A stretch of 64,000 bases of DNA from Octopus sinensis (Eukaryota), in NCBI RefSeq assembly GCF_006345805.1, contig NW_021832552.1:1-64000 (forward strand), read 5' to 3'. Of the stretch, positions 49,661-64,000 are shown piece after piece. The notes under the pieces are model-generated. The model was given only the letters and a program-made list of their open reading frames with translations, was not told where the DNA came from and did no database searches. Every line of letters starts with the position of its first letter. Position 1 is the first letter of the stretch. Position numbers and translations under genes: made by a program.

Positions 49661-50170
49661 ATTATGCTGTAAAGTACATTTCGAGTTCTACAGTTAATAC
49701 CAGGGCTAATCTTACATACCATGCAGTTATCATTGGTGCATATGGTATTCTTAAAGGGGTACGTCCTACATAGTTGTGATCTGACGGAATTCCCTGGCTT
49801 TTCAACAATCTAAATGTTAAGTTTGGTCTCCTTCAGAGCTTTTCTAAATCTACGGGCTAGTTCTCTATGAGCTGTGGCCTCTACAAACATCACTCCTTGA
49901 TATTTGTCGGTTTTATACCACGAGTTCGCCCTGTTTGCTTTGTCACAAATTCTTTGTATCCTATTCCAGTCTTTGTTTCTATATCTAGCGCAGGTACCAC
50001 TGGGATCATTACGTATAATGTTGTCTAACTTCTTTCTAGCACCCCTGTATACTCGAACCCTATCTTTCTGATCATATCCAGAGAACTGCATGCGGTGCAT
50101 GAAGTTCTGTATATGTTTTATTATTTTTATTTCATAGGGTTCGTATAGTGGGGACACATTGTTCATTATT
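49661..50170 (-). pseudogene. Penelope-like element fragment (post-RT thumb, C-x4-C-x2-C linker, start of GIY-YIG)
   Basis: FMHRMQFSGYDQK...YRNKDW...WYKTDKYQGVMFVEAT...IVEKPG...ICTNDNCMVC...NCRTRNVLYSI. Confidence 0.65.
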
Positions 50171-50815
50171 CTAACTAAGGTATTTTATTTCTAATTAAAA
50201 TACATTCACGAGTGGTAAGCGAATTATCAGCCATACAGGCAAATTAATAAAATATACACATACAATATTAGATCTATACACACACACACACACACACACA
50301 AATATACATACGCGCGCACGCAAAAATATATGTGTAAATATATGTATTTGTATTTGTGTTTGTGTGTGCATGTTTGTGTGTGTAAGAATTGGTGTAAAAA
50401 TTATTACATTCGTTTATTTCCCAATAGTACGTAGATTTCTATTTCAGGTTGATATAATAAACGAACTCTGATTCAATGAATGAAGGCATAACGGACGAAC
50501 GAAGTCGTCAAGCGTCCGCCCCACGTCGCTATTATTAACGAAAACAGATATTAATAATAACTAATTTTAATATTATTAATGAGGATAAATAAAGCAGGCA
50601 GCAGAAGAGAATGGGGGGGGGGAGACAGGAAAACAAAGAGGAAATGAATACGAGAGCAACAATAGAGTCAGACTTCCAAAGTTCTAAAAGCTGAAGGTCA
50701 GTTATATGAGGATAAGAATTGGTCAAAGCAAAATACTTAATACGTAAAATCAAACTGACTGGGAAAAGAAGAATATGCAATTAAGAAAACAAAATCACTT
50801 CATACAGGCATACAT

Positions 50816-51481
<666 letters not shown>

Positions 51482-51539
51482 GATACTGTAGCTAGGACAC
51501 TCTATAATGAAATCCGTCGGAAGGATAACCCCGATGACA

Positions 51540-52368
51540 AAGAAAAGTAAGAACCCACAATATGGTAGAAGTCATAAGACAGACAGAGAAAAAAAGGTAG
51601 CAGTGGATGACTAAAATGATTTAAAACCGGAAACGGAGGCCCTAATCTGTGCTGCCCAAGAGCAAGCACTAAGAACAAACTACATAAAATACAGAATAGA
51701 CAACACAGCAGAAAGTGATAAGTGCAGAATCTGTGGACAAAACGGTGAAACCGTATGGCATATTACCAGCCAATGTACGCCACTAGCCCAGAAGGAATAT
51801 AAGAGACGCCACGACAATATAGTCAGGCTTGTCCATTGATCACTTTGCAACAAGTATGGACTTGACAGAGCAAAAAATTGGTACGACCACAAACCTGAAG
51901 GCGTCGTCGAAAATAGAAATGCAAAGATCCTATGGAATTTTATGATTCAGTGCGACCATGAGATTGAGAATAGGAAGCCAGACATAGTCTCAATTAAGAA
52001 AGAAAACAAACCATGCTGGATCATAGATATAGCATGCCCAGCCGACAACAAGGTATGCGATAAGGAAGAAAGAAAAGTCGAGAGATATGACACGTTAGCT
52101 TGGGAAGTTAAGCATTTGTAGTCGATGAAGAATGTAGTGGTAGTACCAATAACTGTCGGAGCCCTGGGAACAGTGAGAAAAAATCTCGAGAAGTACGTGG
52201 AACAAATAGGGGCTGCAATAAGGGTGGAGCACTTGCAGAAAACAGCACTGCTTGGAACAGCTCGAATACTCCGGAAGGTGCTCGAAAAATAAGAGGTGTT
52301 ACCTTATTCACTGGTGGGGAACAGCTGAAACTGTAATACATGTCCAGCGTTAGAAGCTGTGCAAAGGC

Positions 52369-52420
<52 letters not shown>

Positions 52421-52437
52421 GCAATAATAATAATAAT
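51540..52437 (+). mobile_element. R4/Dong-clade non-LTR retrotransposon 3' end (CCHC knuckle plus restriction-like endonuclease) with (AAT)n tail
   Basis: ETEALICAAQEQAL, CRICGQNGETVWHITSQC, RHD, RKPDIV, IIDIACP, VPITVGALG, LQKTALLGTARILRKVL; two premature stops; (AAT)n at 52368-52437. Confidence 0.85.
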
Positions 52438-53020
52438 ACATATACAAAAAAAGTCATATGGCTGCAAGACAGACAATAGTGGGTAACGCGAAGGAGAAAT
52501 GAAAACTATCCTAACGGACTATAGACAAGGGAGGTGTTACAGTGAGGAGCAAAGTGAATCGTGACCGGTCCGATCCAAGGCAACGCGAAAAAGAATGACA
52601 CCGCTTCAGGTCATCACGGATCATGTGATAGTGGGAGGAGGGTAACAAGGAGGAAAAGAGAGGAAGAGAGAGAGAAATGTGAGAAAGAGAAGGGGAGCGA
52701 GAAAAAGAAAAGGGGAAGAAAGTTTGAGGGTGATAAAGTAAGAGTCGTACAAAATTTAGATACAACAAAATCAATTTTACATTAATCGAAGGGTTACTCC
52801 ATACTTCTGTAGAATGCAAGTTTATTATTCTGCAACAAGAATGGTATTGACAGTAACTTGGACGTTTCGGCAAGCTAAACCATCATCATATCTTCGTGTA
52901 GACTTATTATGCCTTGTCACACTGTTGCGCTAATTTGTCTGAATTTTAAAAGGTAAATGTGCAAATGATTGCGGAAATCTCAACTGTTTTGTTCTATTGT
53001 CAACATAGGCACAAGTTTAT

Positions 53021-53372
53021 TTTTTCAGTCATTTTGGCTGCGGCCATGCTGGAGCACCGCCTTTAATCGAGCAACTCGACCCCGGGACTTATTCTTTGTA
53101 AGCCCATTACTTATTCTAACGGTCTCTTTTGCCGAACCGCTAAGTGACGGGGACATAAACACCCCAGCATCGGTTGTCAAGCAATGCTAGGGGGACAAAC
53201 ACCGACACACAAACATACACGCACATACATATGTATACATACAATGTACGACGGGCTTCTTTCAGCTTCCGTCTACCAAATCCACTCACAAGGCTTTGGT
53301 CGGCACGAGGCTATAGCAGAAGACACTTGCCCAAGATGCCACGCAGTGGGACTGAACCCGGAACCATGTGGT
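53021..53372 (-). mobile_element. SINE family 1
   Basis: Family match. Confidence 0.85.
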
Positions 53373-53687
53373 GAGAGAAATGATACAGATTAGTGGAGCG
53401 ACTGAATGGAAGTTGCCAACTGCGCCATCTGCTACCATTGGCCAGCTGTCACCAATTTATAATTTGCAAAGATGTTACTTATTTCTTCCATATTTAAATG
53501 ACGTTGGAACACACTTCTAACCACTTACACTGGCATGCACGTGCATTTGTATATACTGTTGCTGACGAATTCCACTAAAAAAAAGGTTGGTTACGCTGTA
53601 GCCATTGTTGATGACTATGGCCACGACGTAAGACTATTAGCATTGAGTGAAGTCTAACACGAAACAACGAGGTTGCGAAACGAACTA

Positions 53688-53935
53688 TTGGGTTGGTGCA
53701 TAATTATTGCGGCCTTTTTCAACAAATTTCATTGAACAAAAGCAATAACAACACGTAACAAAACATCTTTAAATGATTATTCCGGAGCATATTCACCATC
53801 TACTTCAATTACTGCTTCCCATTTGCTTGGCGGATGGTCAGACCGTCATTTAAAGATGTTTCTGTTAAATATTGTTATTGTTTTTGTTGAATAAACTTTA
53901 TTGAAAAAAGCCGCAATAATTATGCACCAACCCAA
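53688..53935. mobile_element. mariner-derived MITE with about 90-bp inverted arms
   Basis: TTGGGTTGGTGCATAATTATTGCGGC termini; internal remnant PSKWEAVIEVDGEYAPE* on the minus strand. Confidence 0.85.
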
Positions 53936-53961
53936 CACTTAACCATATAGCTATGTCAGCA

Positions 53962-54370
53962 TACTCTTTTACACTTTTACTTGTTTCAGTCATTTGACTG
54001 CGGCCATGCTGGAGCACCGCCTTTAGTCGAGCAACTCGACCCCGGGACTTATTCTTTGTAAGCCCAGTACTTATTCTATCGGTCTCTTTTGCCGAACCGC
54101 TAAGTGACGGGGACATAAACACACCAGCATCGGTTGTCAAGCAATGCTAGGGGGACAAACACAGACACACAAACATATACACACACACCTATATATATAT
54201 ATATATACATATATACGACAGGCTTCTTTCAGTTTCCGTCTGCCAAATCCACTCACAAGGCATTGGTCGGCCTGGGGCTATAGCAGAAGACACTTGCCCA
54301 AGATTCCACGCAGTGGGACTGAACCCGGAACCATGTGGTTGGTAAGCAAGCTACTTACCACACAGCCACT
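53962..54370 (-). mobile_element. SINE family 1
   Basis: Family match. Confidence 0.9.
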
Positions 54371-54669
54371 CAAAATTTTTGAAATGAGAAACAAACTACA
54401 AGACGAGGAAATGAAGAATAAGTAAGCAAAAATACATTATTATTAAACAATTAAATCAACTAAATTAATGAATAATAAATAACATAAATATGAAATAACA
54501 AACAACAAATAAGTCTTAAAAACTAAATTAAGACATATTTATGTGAGGTAAGTTCTGAAGGTTTCGGATGGCCCCTTCCTTGCAGAAGGGTTTTTGCACA
54601 AAGGGTCCAACAATATTTTAGTACTCATTATGCTATTGATATGTACACGTAATACTGAGTCGTAATACG

Positions 54670-55935
<1,266 letters not shown>

Positions 55936-56053
55936 CATGCATACATAAAGATTCATGCATACACACATAAATACATACATATACATATACGTAAATACAC
56001 ACACACATGCATACATACACACACACACACACACATTTATATATATATATATA

Positions 56054-56210
56054 GGTGCATGAGTGGCTATGTGGTAAGTAACTTGATTACCAGCCACATG
56101 GTCCCGAGTTCAGTCCCACTGCGTGGCACATTGACCAAGTATTATAACCTCGAGCCGACCAAAGCCTTGTGAGTGGATTTAGTAGACGGAAACTGAAAGT
56201 AACCCGTCGT

Positions 56211-56241
<31 letters not shown>

Positions 56242-57255
56242 ATATATATAAAACCAGCTTAGAGAAGAAGAAGAAGAAACGAAACGAAACCAAACGAATC
56301 GAATCGAATCGACGCGAAGGCGCTCAGTCATACAATAGTGTAATAAATAAAATATGCATACAAACAAACATATATGTACGTACCTACATCTACATGTATA
56401 TATACATGCATATATAATATATATTACGTGTGTACAGGACATCACAAATAGACGTAGAACTCAACGAGAAATGAAAACGTAAAAACAGAATGGAACGGAC
56501 CATTTTTTAACAAACGACAAACAGAGTACAAGACAACTATACAAGGAAAAAAATCCCCTTCATCAGCTGTCCCAAGTTCAACTCCAGCGTGTTTCGAAGA
56601 TGGGAGAACACGTCTCGTCGAACTAATCCTTCCTGCGAAAGAATTAAATAAAATTTCCTTTGCAGAGGGGTAAAAAAACAAGGGGAAAAATGTGACAAAA
56701 ACAGGACGTAAAAACAATACAATTAAAAACAAATACAAAATAAAATACAATTACAAAAAGTACAGTACAAGAAGGAATGAAACAGGACAGGAAAACCCAA
56801 AAAGAGGCCTCTAAGCCTAGACGAGGAAAAAAATTTTCACGAGCGCAGGAAGAAACATGTTTACTTGAATAAGGCCGCATATACACACACCACACATACA
56901 TATATTATATATATATATTATATAATTATATATATAATATATATATATATATAATATATGTGTGTGTGTGTGTGTGGTGTGTGTGTGTGTGTGTGGTGTG
57001 TGTGTGTGTGTGTGTGTGTGATATATATATATATATATATATATGTTTATGTATATGTGTGTGTCTGTGTTTGTACCCCTCCCCCCACCATTACTTGACA
57101 ACCGATGTTGGTGTGCTTACGTCCCTGTAACCTAGCGGACAGACTAAGTACTAGGCAAAAGAGTAAGTCATGTGGACGATTTGTTCGACTAAAGGCGGTG
57201 CTCCAGCATGGCCGCAGTCAGATGACAGAAATAAAAAAAAAAGAATAAAAGAATA
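56054..57255 (+). mobile_element. SINE family 1 split by about 850 bp inserted in its internal microsatellite
   Basis: 5' half at 56054-56210, 3' half at 57060-57255; a non-SINE repeat at 56420-56880 lies between them. Confidence 0.7.
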
Positions 57256-57684
57256 TATGCACACACGCCGACACATAAACTTAGTCGTATATTTCCATTC
57301 ACAGCTGATGAATCATCGTGTAGATTGTCTATATAAAAACCTGTTACTACAAGAGTCACGCAGCCTTGGCCTATATTCCACGGAATAAAGGCTATTGATT
57401 TATGATGGCGCGTTCACACTGTATTCAACTGTTTCTGAGTGGTTATAAAATTGAGTCAAATGAACTAAAATAGTTTTAATCAAGAGTTAAAACTACCTTG
57501 AGCTTGGAAATTTGATGAATGTTCATTCTATGATAGTTCTGTCCAATCTTTACAGCAGTGATTCACAACGCACAAGGTTCATACTAAAAGGGATTCACAT
57601 TTTTTTTTCTTTGTCAATAACGTACTTTTTTTTTTTATTCAGTACTTAATAAGACTTACCGGTAGTTTCTTTAGTATTAAATAA

Positions 57685-57919
57685 GGATCTTTTCGGTTTG
57701 AACGGCAGTTTTTTTCTAGCGGTGTCATATGAAATTGTCACCCATAATTATGACCCTAGTATCGATCTATTGCATTTCAATCTATTTTAGGGTTAGGGTT
57801 AGAGTTAGGGTTAGTTAGGGTTAGTTAGGGTTAGGGTTAGGGTTAGGGTTAGGGGTAGGGGGGAGGGTATCTTTTTTTCTTCACAAATATAAATAAACCC
57901 AATCTGTTCCTTAAACGAG
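57685..57919 (+). mobile_element. Partial GGATC-TIR MITE with expanded (TTAGGG)n
   Basis: Left TIR present; TTAGGG tract at 57787-57854. Confidence 0.85.
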
Positions 57920-57927
57920 AACAGAGA

Positions 57928-58160
57928 AAGACACTTTATTTCACGTTGTTCCAGTCCAATCAGCTGGCAAAAATGAGTAGTACCTGTATTTCAAAGGGCC
58001 GGCCTTGTCACACCCTGTGTCACGCTGAATCTCCCAGAGAACTACGTTAAGGGTACAGGCGTCTGTGGAGTGCTCAGCCACTTGCACTTTAATAAATGAG
58101 CAGGCTGTTCCGTTGATCGTATCAGCTGGGACCTCGTCATCGTAACCGACAGAGTGCTCC
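57928..58160 (+). mobile_element. SINE (body B, tail X), headless
   Basis: AAGACACTTTATTTCACG...GTACCTGTATTTCAAAGGGCC...CGTAACCGACAGAGTGC. Confidence 0.75.
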
Positions 58161-59824
58161 TATATTATACATTAATCTATATTTCAGATTACTCTGTTGA
58201 GTTACCGTACTCTTATAAAGATGCCGCTGTTAGCTGAATGTATAACCTCTGTATACCAGTCCCAAAATTTGAAAGAAAAAAAAAAAGGAAAAAACACGAG
58301 AAAATTTTTCTTTTTTTATAGCTCAATATGACAATTTTATCGATACGCATAGTTTTCAACAGAAATATTTGACCACGAAAGGATGAAAAACAAAGTCGAC
58401 CTTGGCGGAATTTGAACTCAGAACGTAACGGCAGACGAAATACGGCTGCGCATTTCGCCCGGCGTGCTAACGTTTCTGCCAGCTCAAACTGGAAAAATAA
58501 TAAGCAAATAGAGAAAAGGTTCAGGTTCCGTTGAGTCCCAAAATGCAATTTATAGGCGTAAAATGGTCATTCTGTTTTGATATGTGCGTGTGCGTTTGCG
58601 TATCAAAATATCATAATCATGGTTTGGTTTACCATAACATGTGTAACACTTTTGACCCCTATTACGCTTAGCTGGACCGGGAATCAACAATGCATGACCA
58701 CTTCCCGTCACTTAAACTGAAGCATGAACTTTTATGCAAATATGTGTGTGTGCGTGTGCATGCGTGCGTGCGTGCGTGCGTGTGTGCGTGCGTGCGTGTG
58801 AAGTAAGAATGGTGAAATTACAAAGTAAAATAAAAATTAAAACAACCCGATAAAACCTAAAGCAAAAACTTAAAGATAATTCCACTCTCTTGCAATTTTA
58901 ACGGTTTTTCTTGAGGAAACTATTTTCTGGTGTATATCCAATTGCCTTTCTTTTTAATAGACGAGATTTAGCATTTTATTGTTTCAAAGCTAATCAGTTT
59001 GAGTTTCTTGCCCAGGTAAAATAGAATGGAAGTTGTAGGAAGTTGATGACATCAAAGTTCTTCAAATTGACTGATGTAGCTTTCTACTGTCCACCCCTGC
59101 ACCCAGAAGACCTTTTGAAACTAACCAACTTCAGCTACATAAAAAAGTTATTAGAGACGTGTCAAATTTGAAAGTGCTGCTACCTTCACAAGCATCATGC
59201 CGTAGTAAAACTGGAACGTAATGCACAGAACTATGTAAATGTTCAGGTTACCAGAGCTTAGAAGATAAAACTGCATTATTTTGTTGTGTCTGGGGAGAGT
59301 TATTTTCTTTTTGTGCCTTATACTGTAACACACTTACCGGTAAAATTTCCACTTTTTTCTTATTTTTATTTTCCTAAAATTTAATAAACTATACATGTAA
59401 AAACCCCATATGTACTACAGACGTTTTGTTCTAGAAGTTTGTGCAGCAATACCCCAGAAGTGACTTAGCATATGCTCCAGTGACCAGAAGTAACCATTTC
59501 ACTAACGTATAATGCTATTACTTACGATCAATTTTCATCGAACACATGTTTAAAAAATTATTGAACGCCCACTGAACAATTTGGGGACAATGATAATTTT
59601 GTTATACAAAAATCTGACATTGAACAGATGTCATTTGGCCTATATATGTTTCATTATGAGAACTGTATCAAATATGTATGCATAGTTATAATAAACAATT
59701 TTCCTTTATTGATGGAACATTGAGGGAGGGTAGCTAATAATAAAGGTATCGATTTGAAAATTATAGAAACAGCCGGTGATTGAGATGTACCTATATGCCT
59801 TACAGTCGGTCATTGCTCAATATC

Positions 59825-60305
59825 TTTCTATTCATATTCTGCCAAGGTCAACTTTGCCTTTCATCCTTTCGGGGTCGACAAATAAAACGCCAGTTGCGTA
59901 CTGGGGTCGATTTAATCGACTGGTTCCCTTCCCCAAAATTTCGGGTCTTGTGCTTAAAGTAGAAAAGAATACCCTATTCTGTCGCCAGTGCGTATCTGGT
60001 ACTTAATTTATCGACTCCGAAAGAATGAAAGACAAAGTCGACCTCGGCGGAATTTGAACTCAGAACGTAGAGACAGACGAAATACCTATTTCTTTACTAC
60101 CCACAAGGGGCTAAACACAGAGAGGGCAAACAAGGACAGAAAAACGGATTAAGTCGATTATATCGACCCCAGTGCGTAACTGGTACTTAATTTATCGACC
60201 CCGAAAGGATGAAAGGCAAAGTCGACCTCGGCGGAATTTGAACTCAGAACGTAGCGGCAGACGAAATACCAATAAGCATTTCGCCCAGCGTGCTAACGTT
60301 TCTAC
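59825..60305. mobile_element. Opposed SINE family 2 copies (59825-59970 +, 59985-60305 -)
   Basis: Family match. Confidence 0.8.
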
Positions 60306-61204
60306 TATTAGTAATATCGGTAAATATGCAATCAAGGTGTAACACGGATGAGGCGCATACTATCAGGGTTATCACCTCTTGCTAGGGGATAACCCTGCCA
60401 AAATGTGGCTTTTGTTCACTGGGTATAGTAGAGGTAATAGGACAGGTATTCTACAGTTCTATATTTTCTTCAATCGCCATACTTCAACACTTAAGGTTGT
60501 ATATCCTTGAAAGTTTTAGTTTGGACGATGGTGATGCCATTGAACTGTGCCTCTCCCTCATATTGAAGTAATTTCCATTAGAATAGCACTCACCTTCATC
60601 GTATTATTGTACGGCAGGTACGCCGGAGCTGGATCCGGTTCATACCGGTTCGCGCAACCCGGTTGTTAATTTTCTTTTAAACTAGAACTTCCATGTTGCA
60701 TTTTTGCAGTAAACATTGTCGTCATGGGAAAATTTGCTACATTATTTTCGATGTGGCGTAAATTTTTAATGCGTTTCTACCATAAATTTTCTCCTGTAAG
60801 AAATATGGCCGCCAGCTATTTTGGCTGTATTATTTAAGAAAATGCAAGCGAGGTATCTTGATTGAACATTCATTCAGTCTAGTCTACAATTTGCGTGTTA
60901 GGAAGGAAAAAAGAAGTATCTTTGTTGGGAAAATTACAAACAATGTTAGTAAAGGCGTGAGTAAAGCAATAATTTTTTAGTTTGTAGAAGTTTTCGAACG
61001 ATGTTAATGCGACTGATTTTAAAAAATTATTTTAGGTGTTTTATCTCGGGAGAATATGTTCAAACAAAGTACTTATTTGACATTACTTAATATAAACCCG
61101 CCAGTCTGCAGGGACAATTCGTTTGGGCCTTTAATGTTTTCAAGTGAAAGTGTGAGGAAATACTCACTAGTGGACATATGTAAGTATGATATAAATGATT
61201 CTCG

Positions 61205-61292
<88 letters not shown>

Positions 61293-61293
61293 T

Positions 61294-61673
61294 GGATCAA
61301 AGCAGTTTGATTCAAATTCGTTGGTACTCTTGAGTTTCAAGCGTGAATGACAGAAGTTGATCGTTATGACCGTAAGGTGGGCTGCGATTGGTCGAGCAAG
61401 GTCACGTGGTGTCATGGTTGGCTGTTGTTGTATGGGTAACAGTTGGAAAATACCACATGGTGAACAGGAAACTGACCACATGTAGGACATGAAATAGACG
61501 TCGCAGTGGTTTTGGAAATCGGCCAGGTTGTTGGGGGGCGGGAGAAGTAAAAAAGGGCAGCATGTGCAGATATGTAGTTCTATCTGCAGGTGCGCAGACA
61601 CGCTCATAAGGTTTTGTGTGCATGTATGTATTGATGCGACCGTGCGACCGTACATGGGCGCGCACGCGCTCGT

Positions 61674-61716
<43 letters not shown>

Positions 61717-62696
61717 GACGAATGCGCACGTGCGCACACAAACACACATACGCGTGCATACGCACACGTGAACACACATACACGCATGCACGTACACACT
61801 TATGCGAATTCATTCATATGTATATATGCATATTCGCATGCATGTACGCATTCATACCAGTGTGCGCACGCACGCGCATGCGCATGAACATGTGAATTCG
61901 AGCGCGCGTGCGTGAGTATACTAGCGCAAAACAAGCGTTGGGGATTGGTAAGTGCTGGGAATTCGTAAGCATAGGGGATTGGCATGCGTTGGGGGTTGGT
62001 AAACATTGGGGATTGGTAATTGGTGGTCCTGTTTCTGGGGTTGGTTCGTAGCGGTGATCAAACGCTTGTTTTGCACGTGTAAACTCACGCATGCGCGCAC
62101 GAATGCACATGTGTACGCATACACTGGCATTCATGCGAATATACATATGTACGCATGAATAAATATGCATGTGCGTGCGTGTGTGCACCCATGTATGTGT
62201 ATCCATGTGAGCGAATGCACGTGTATGTATGTGCGTGTGTGCGCTCGTCCAAGTGTGTGTATGTGTGTGTGTGTGTGTGTGCAGAGGTGCGCGTGAGCGA
62301 CCATGTACAGATGTGCACGATCGCATCAATTACACACATGCACACAAAACCATATGAGCACGTCTACATACCCTCATATAGAACTATATACTTGCAAATG
62401 CCACCCCTTGCCACTCTCCCCCTCCAAAAAAAACCTGACCGATTCCAAAACCACCACGTGGTCTATTTCCTGTCCTCCACGTGGTCAATTTCCTGTTCAT
62501 AATGCGGTTTCTCCAGCTAACTGTTATCCATATCCCAACATCAAATCACCACACCGCGTGACCTTCCTCGACCATCGCAGCCCACCTTACGGTTATAATA
62601 ATCAACTTCTATCATTCAAATTCAAAACGGCTAACGACTAGCATCACACTTGAAACTCAAGAGTACCAACGAATTTGAATCAAACTGTTTTGATCC
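61294..62696. mobile_element. 1.4-kb foldback element with about 640-bp diverged arms
   Basis: Terminal about 53 bp nearly identical in inverted orientation (GGATCAAAGCAGTTTGATTCAAATTCGTTGGTACTCTTGAGTTTCAAG); arms stay collinear up to a spacer at 61940-62060. Confidence 0.85.
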
Positions 62697-62809
62697 ATAC
62701 CTGTAATTCCCAATAAATTTGTTGAGCACCCTTCTTTCGTTTGTCCACTTACTCGTATATATCTACACACACGCACACACACACACACACACTTACAAAT
62801 ATATATATA

Positions 62810-63180
62810 CAGGAGTTGGACAAAATAATTGAAACACCTTAAAATTTCAAACAAATATATTTTAATATGGGGTAGACTGCCTTTGGCAGTAATTACATCT
62901 TGAATTCTAAGAGGTATGGACTCGTACAAAGTTTGAATTGTTTCCAAAGGAATTTTTGTCCATTCTTCAGCTAAAACAGTCTCCAGTTCTTGTAGTGATG
63001 ATGGTGGAGGATATCGACTCCTTACTTGGTTTTCTAAAATGCACCATAAATGTTCAATAATATTGAGATCTGGGGACTGTAGTTCCTAGAAAGTTCCTCG
63101 TGCCATTCAGTAATAACTTTAGCTGTGTGAATTGGTTTATTATCATCCTGAAAGATTACGTTTTTCTCCGGAAATCCACT
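62810..63180 (-). mobile_element. Tc1-like transposon 3' end
   Basis: TA|CAGGAGTTGGACAAAATAATTGAAACACC TIR; IFQDDNKPIHTAK and QSPDLNIIEHLW...IPLETIQTLYESIP transposase motifs. Confidence 0.85.
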
Positions 63181-63189
63181 GAGTAATCC

Positions 63190-63405
63190 ACAGACACGTA
63201 GTTCTCAGGGCGATTCAGCGTGACACAAGGTGTGACAAGGCTGGCCCTTTGAAATACAGGTACAACTCATTTTTGCCAGCTGAGTGGACTGGAGCAACGT
63301 GAAATAAAGTGTCTTGCTCAAGGACACAACGCGTCGCCGGGAATCGAACTCACGACCTACAATCGTGAGCCGAATGCCCTAACCACTAAGACCACGCGCA
63401 TTCAC
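63190..63405 (-). mobile_element. tRNA-derived SINE (head B, tail X)
   Basis: GTGGTCTTAGTGGTTAGGGCATTCGG...GAGTTCGATTCCCGG head, GTGTCCTTGAGCAAGACACTT body, tail shared with 565-954. Confidence 0.8.
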
Positions 63406-63415
63406 ACACACACAC

Positions 63416-63450
<35 letters not shown>

Positions 63451-63466
63451 CCATCCACACACACAC

Positions 63467-63508
<42 letters not shown>

Positions 63509-63519
63509 TAATATATATA

Positions 63520-63656
63520 CGACGGTCTTTTTTTTTCAGTCTCCGTCTACCAAATCCACTCGCAATGCTTTGGTATGCTCGTGGATATAGTAGAAGACTT
63601 GCCCATGATGCCATGCAGTGGGACTGAACCCGGAACCATGTGGTTGGGAAGCAACA
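63520..63656 (-). mobile_element. SINE family 1, 5' half
   Basis: Family match. Confidence 0.75.
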
Positions 63657-64000
63657 TTTTTTCAGGGTTGTTGATATTTTTTATGCAGGACCAATAATTA
63701 AAATTTCAGCAGCTCAGCAAACCGGCAGTTCAAATTTTGGCAGCTCACCACCGAGTTTCTGATTTAGGCACAGAGCCAGCGGTTTCGAGTGAAGGCGATC
63801 ATTCAATGCAATCGACCCCAGTCCTTGGTTGATATTTTATTTTATCGACCCTATAGGGATCAAAAGCAAAGCTAACTCCAACAGGGACTGAACGTAAAGA
63901 ATCAGAAGAAATACAGCAACGCACCTAGCGATTCTGCCGGTTCGCCGCTTTAATAGCAATAATAATAATAATAATTCTTTCTACAAAAGGCACAAGGCCT

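Noticed and set aside
57787-57854. Chromosome end
   Set aside because: Short tract internal to a MITE with ordinary sequence on both sides.
60618-60700. CCGGTTC-rich hAT-like subterminal motif, with a possible mate near 63720
   Set aside because: No clear TIR pair or TSD could be matched.

Overview
AT-rich, microsatellite-dense animal genomic DNA. The SINE families and (TA)n/(TG)n density point to a coleoid cephalopod, probably Octopus (inference). One clear protein-coding gene: a single-coding-exon PP1 glycogen-targeting subunit (PPP1R3B/C-like, RVSF motif plus CBM21) at 28235-29191 (+). It has a candidate promoter and non-coding first exon about 21 kb upstream (7295-7482). The rest is repeats: several tRNA-derived SINE families, 3' fragments of CR1/L2, RTE and R4/Dong LINEs, three decayed Penelope-like element (PLE) fragments, MITEs (piggyBac-, Tc1/mariner- and possibly Merlin-like), Helitron-like elements and a 1.4-kb foldback. 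The most notable signal is a set of short foldback elements embedded in (TA)n tracts. Two carry intact type I hammerhead ribozyme cores with palindromic stem III (2355-2432 +, 5954-6007 -). A third copy has collapsed into a hairpin centred exactly on the ribozyme stem III, and other copies show decayed cores. All folding was done by eye; no alignment, search or folding software was run.
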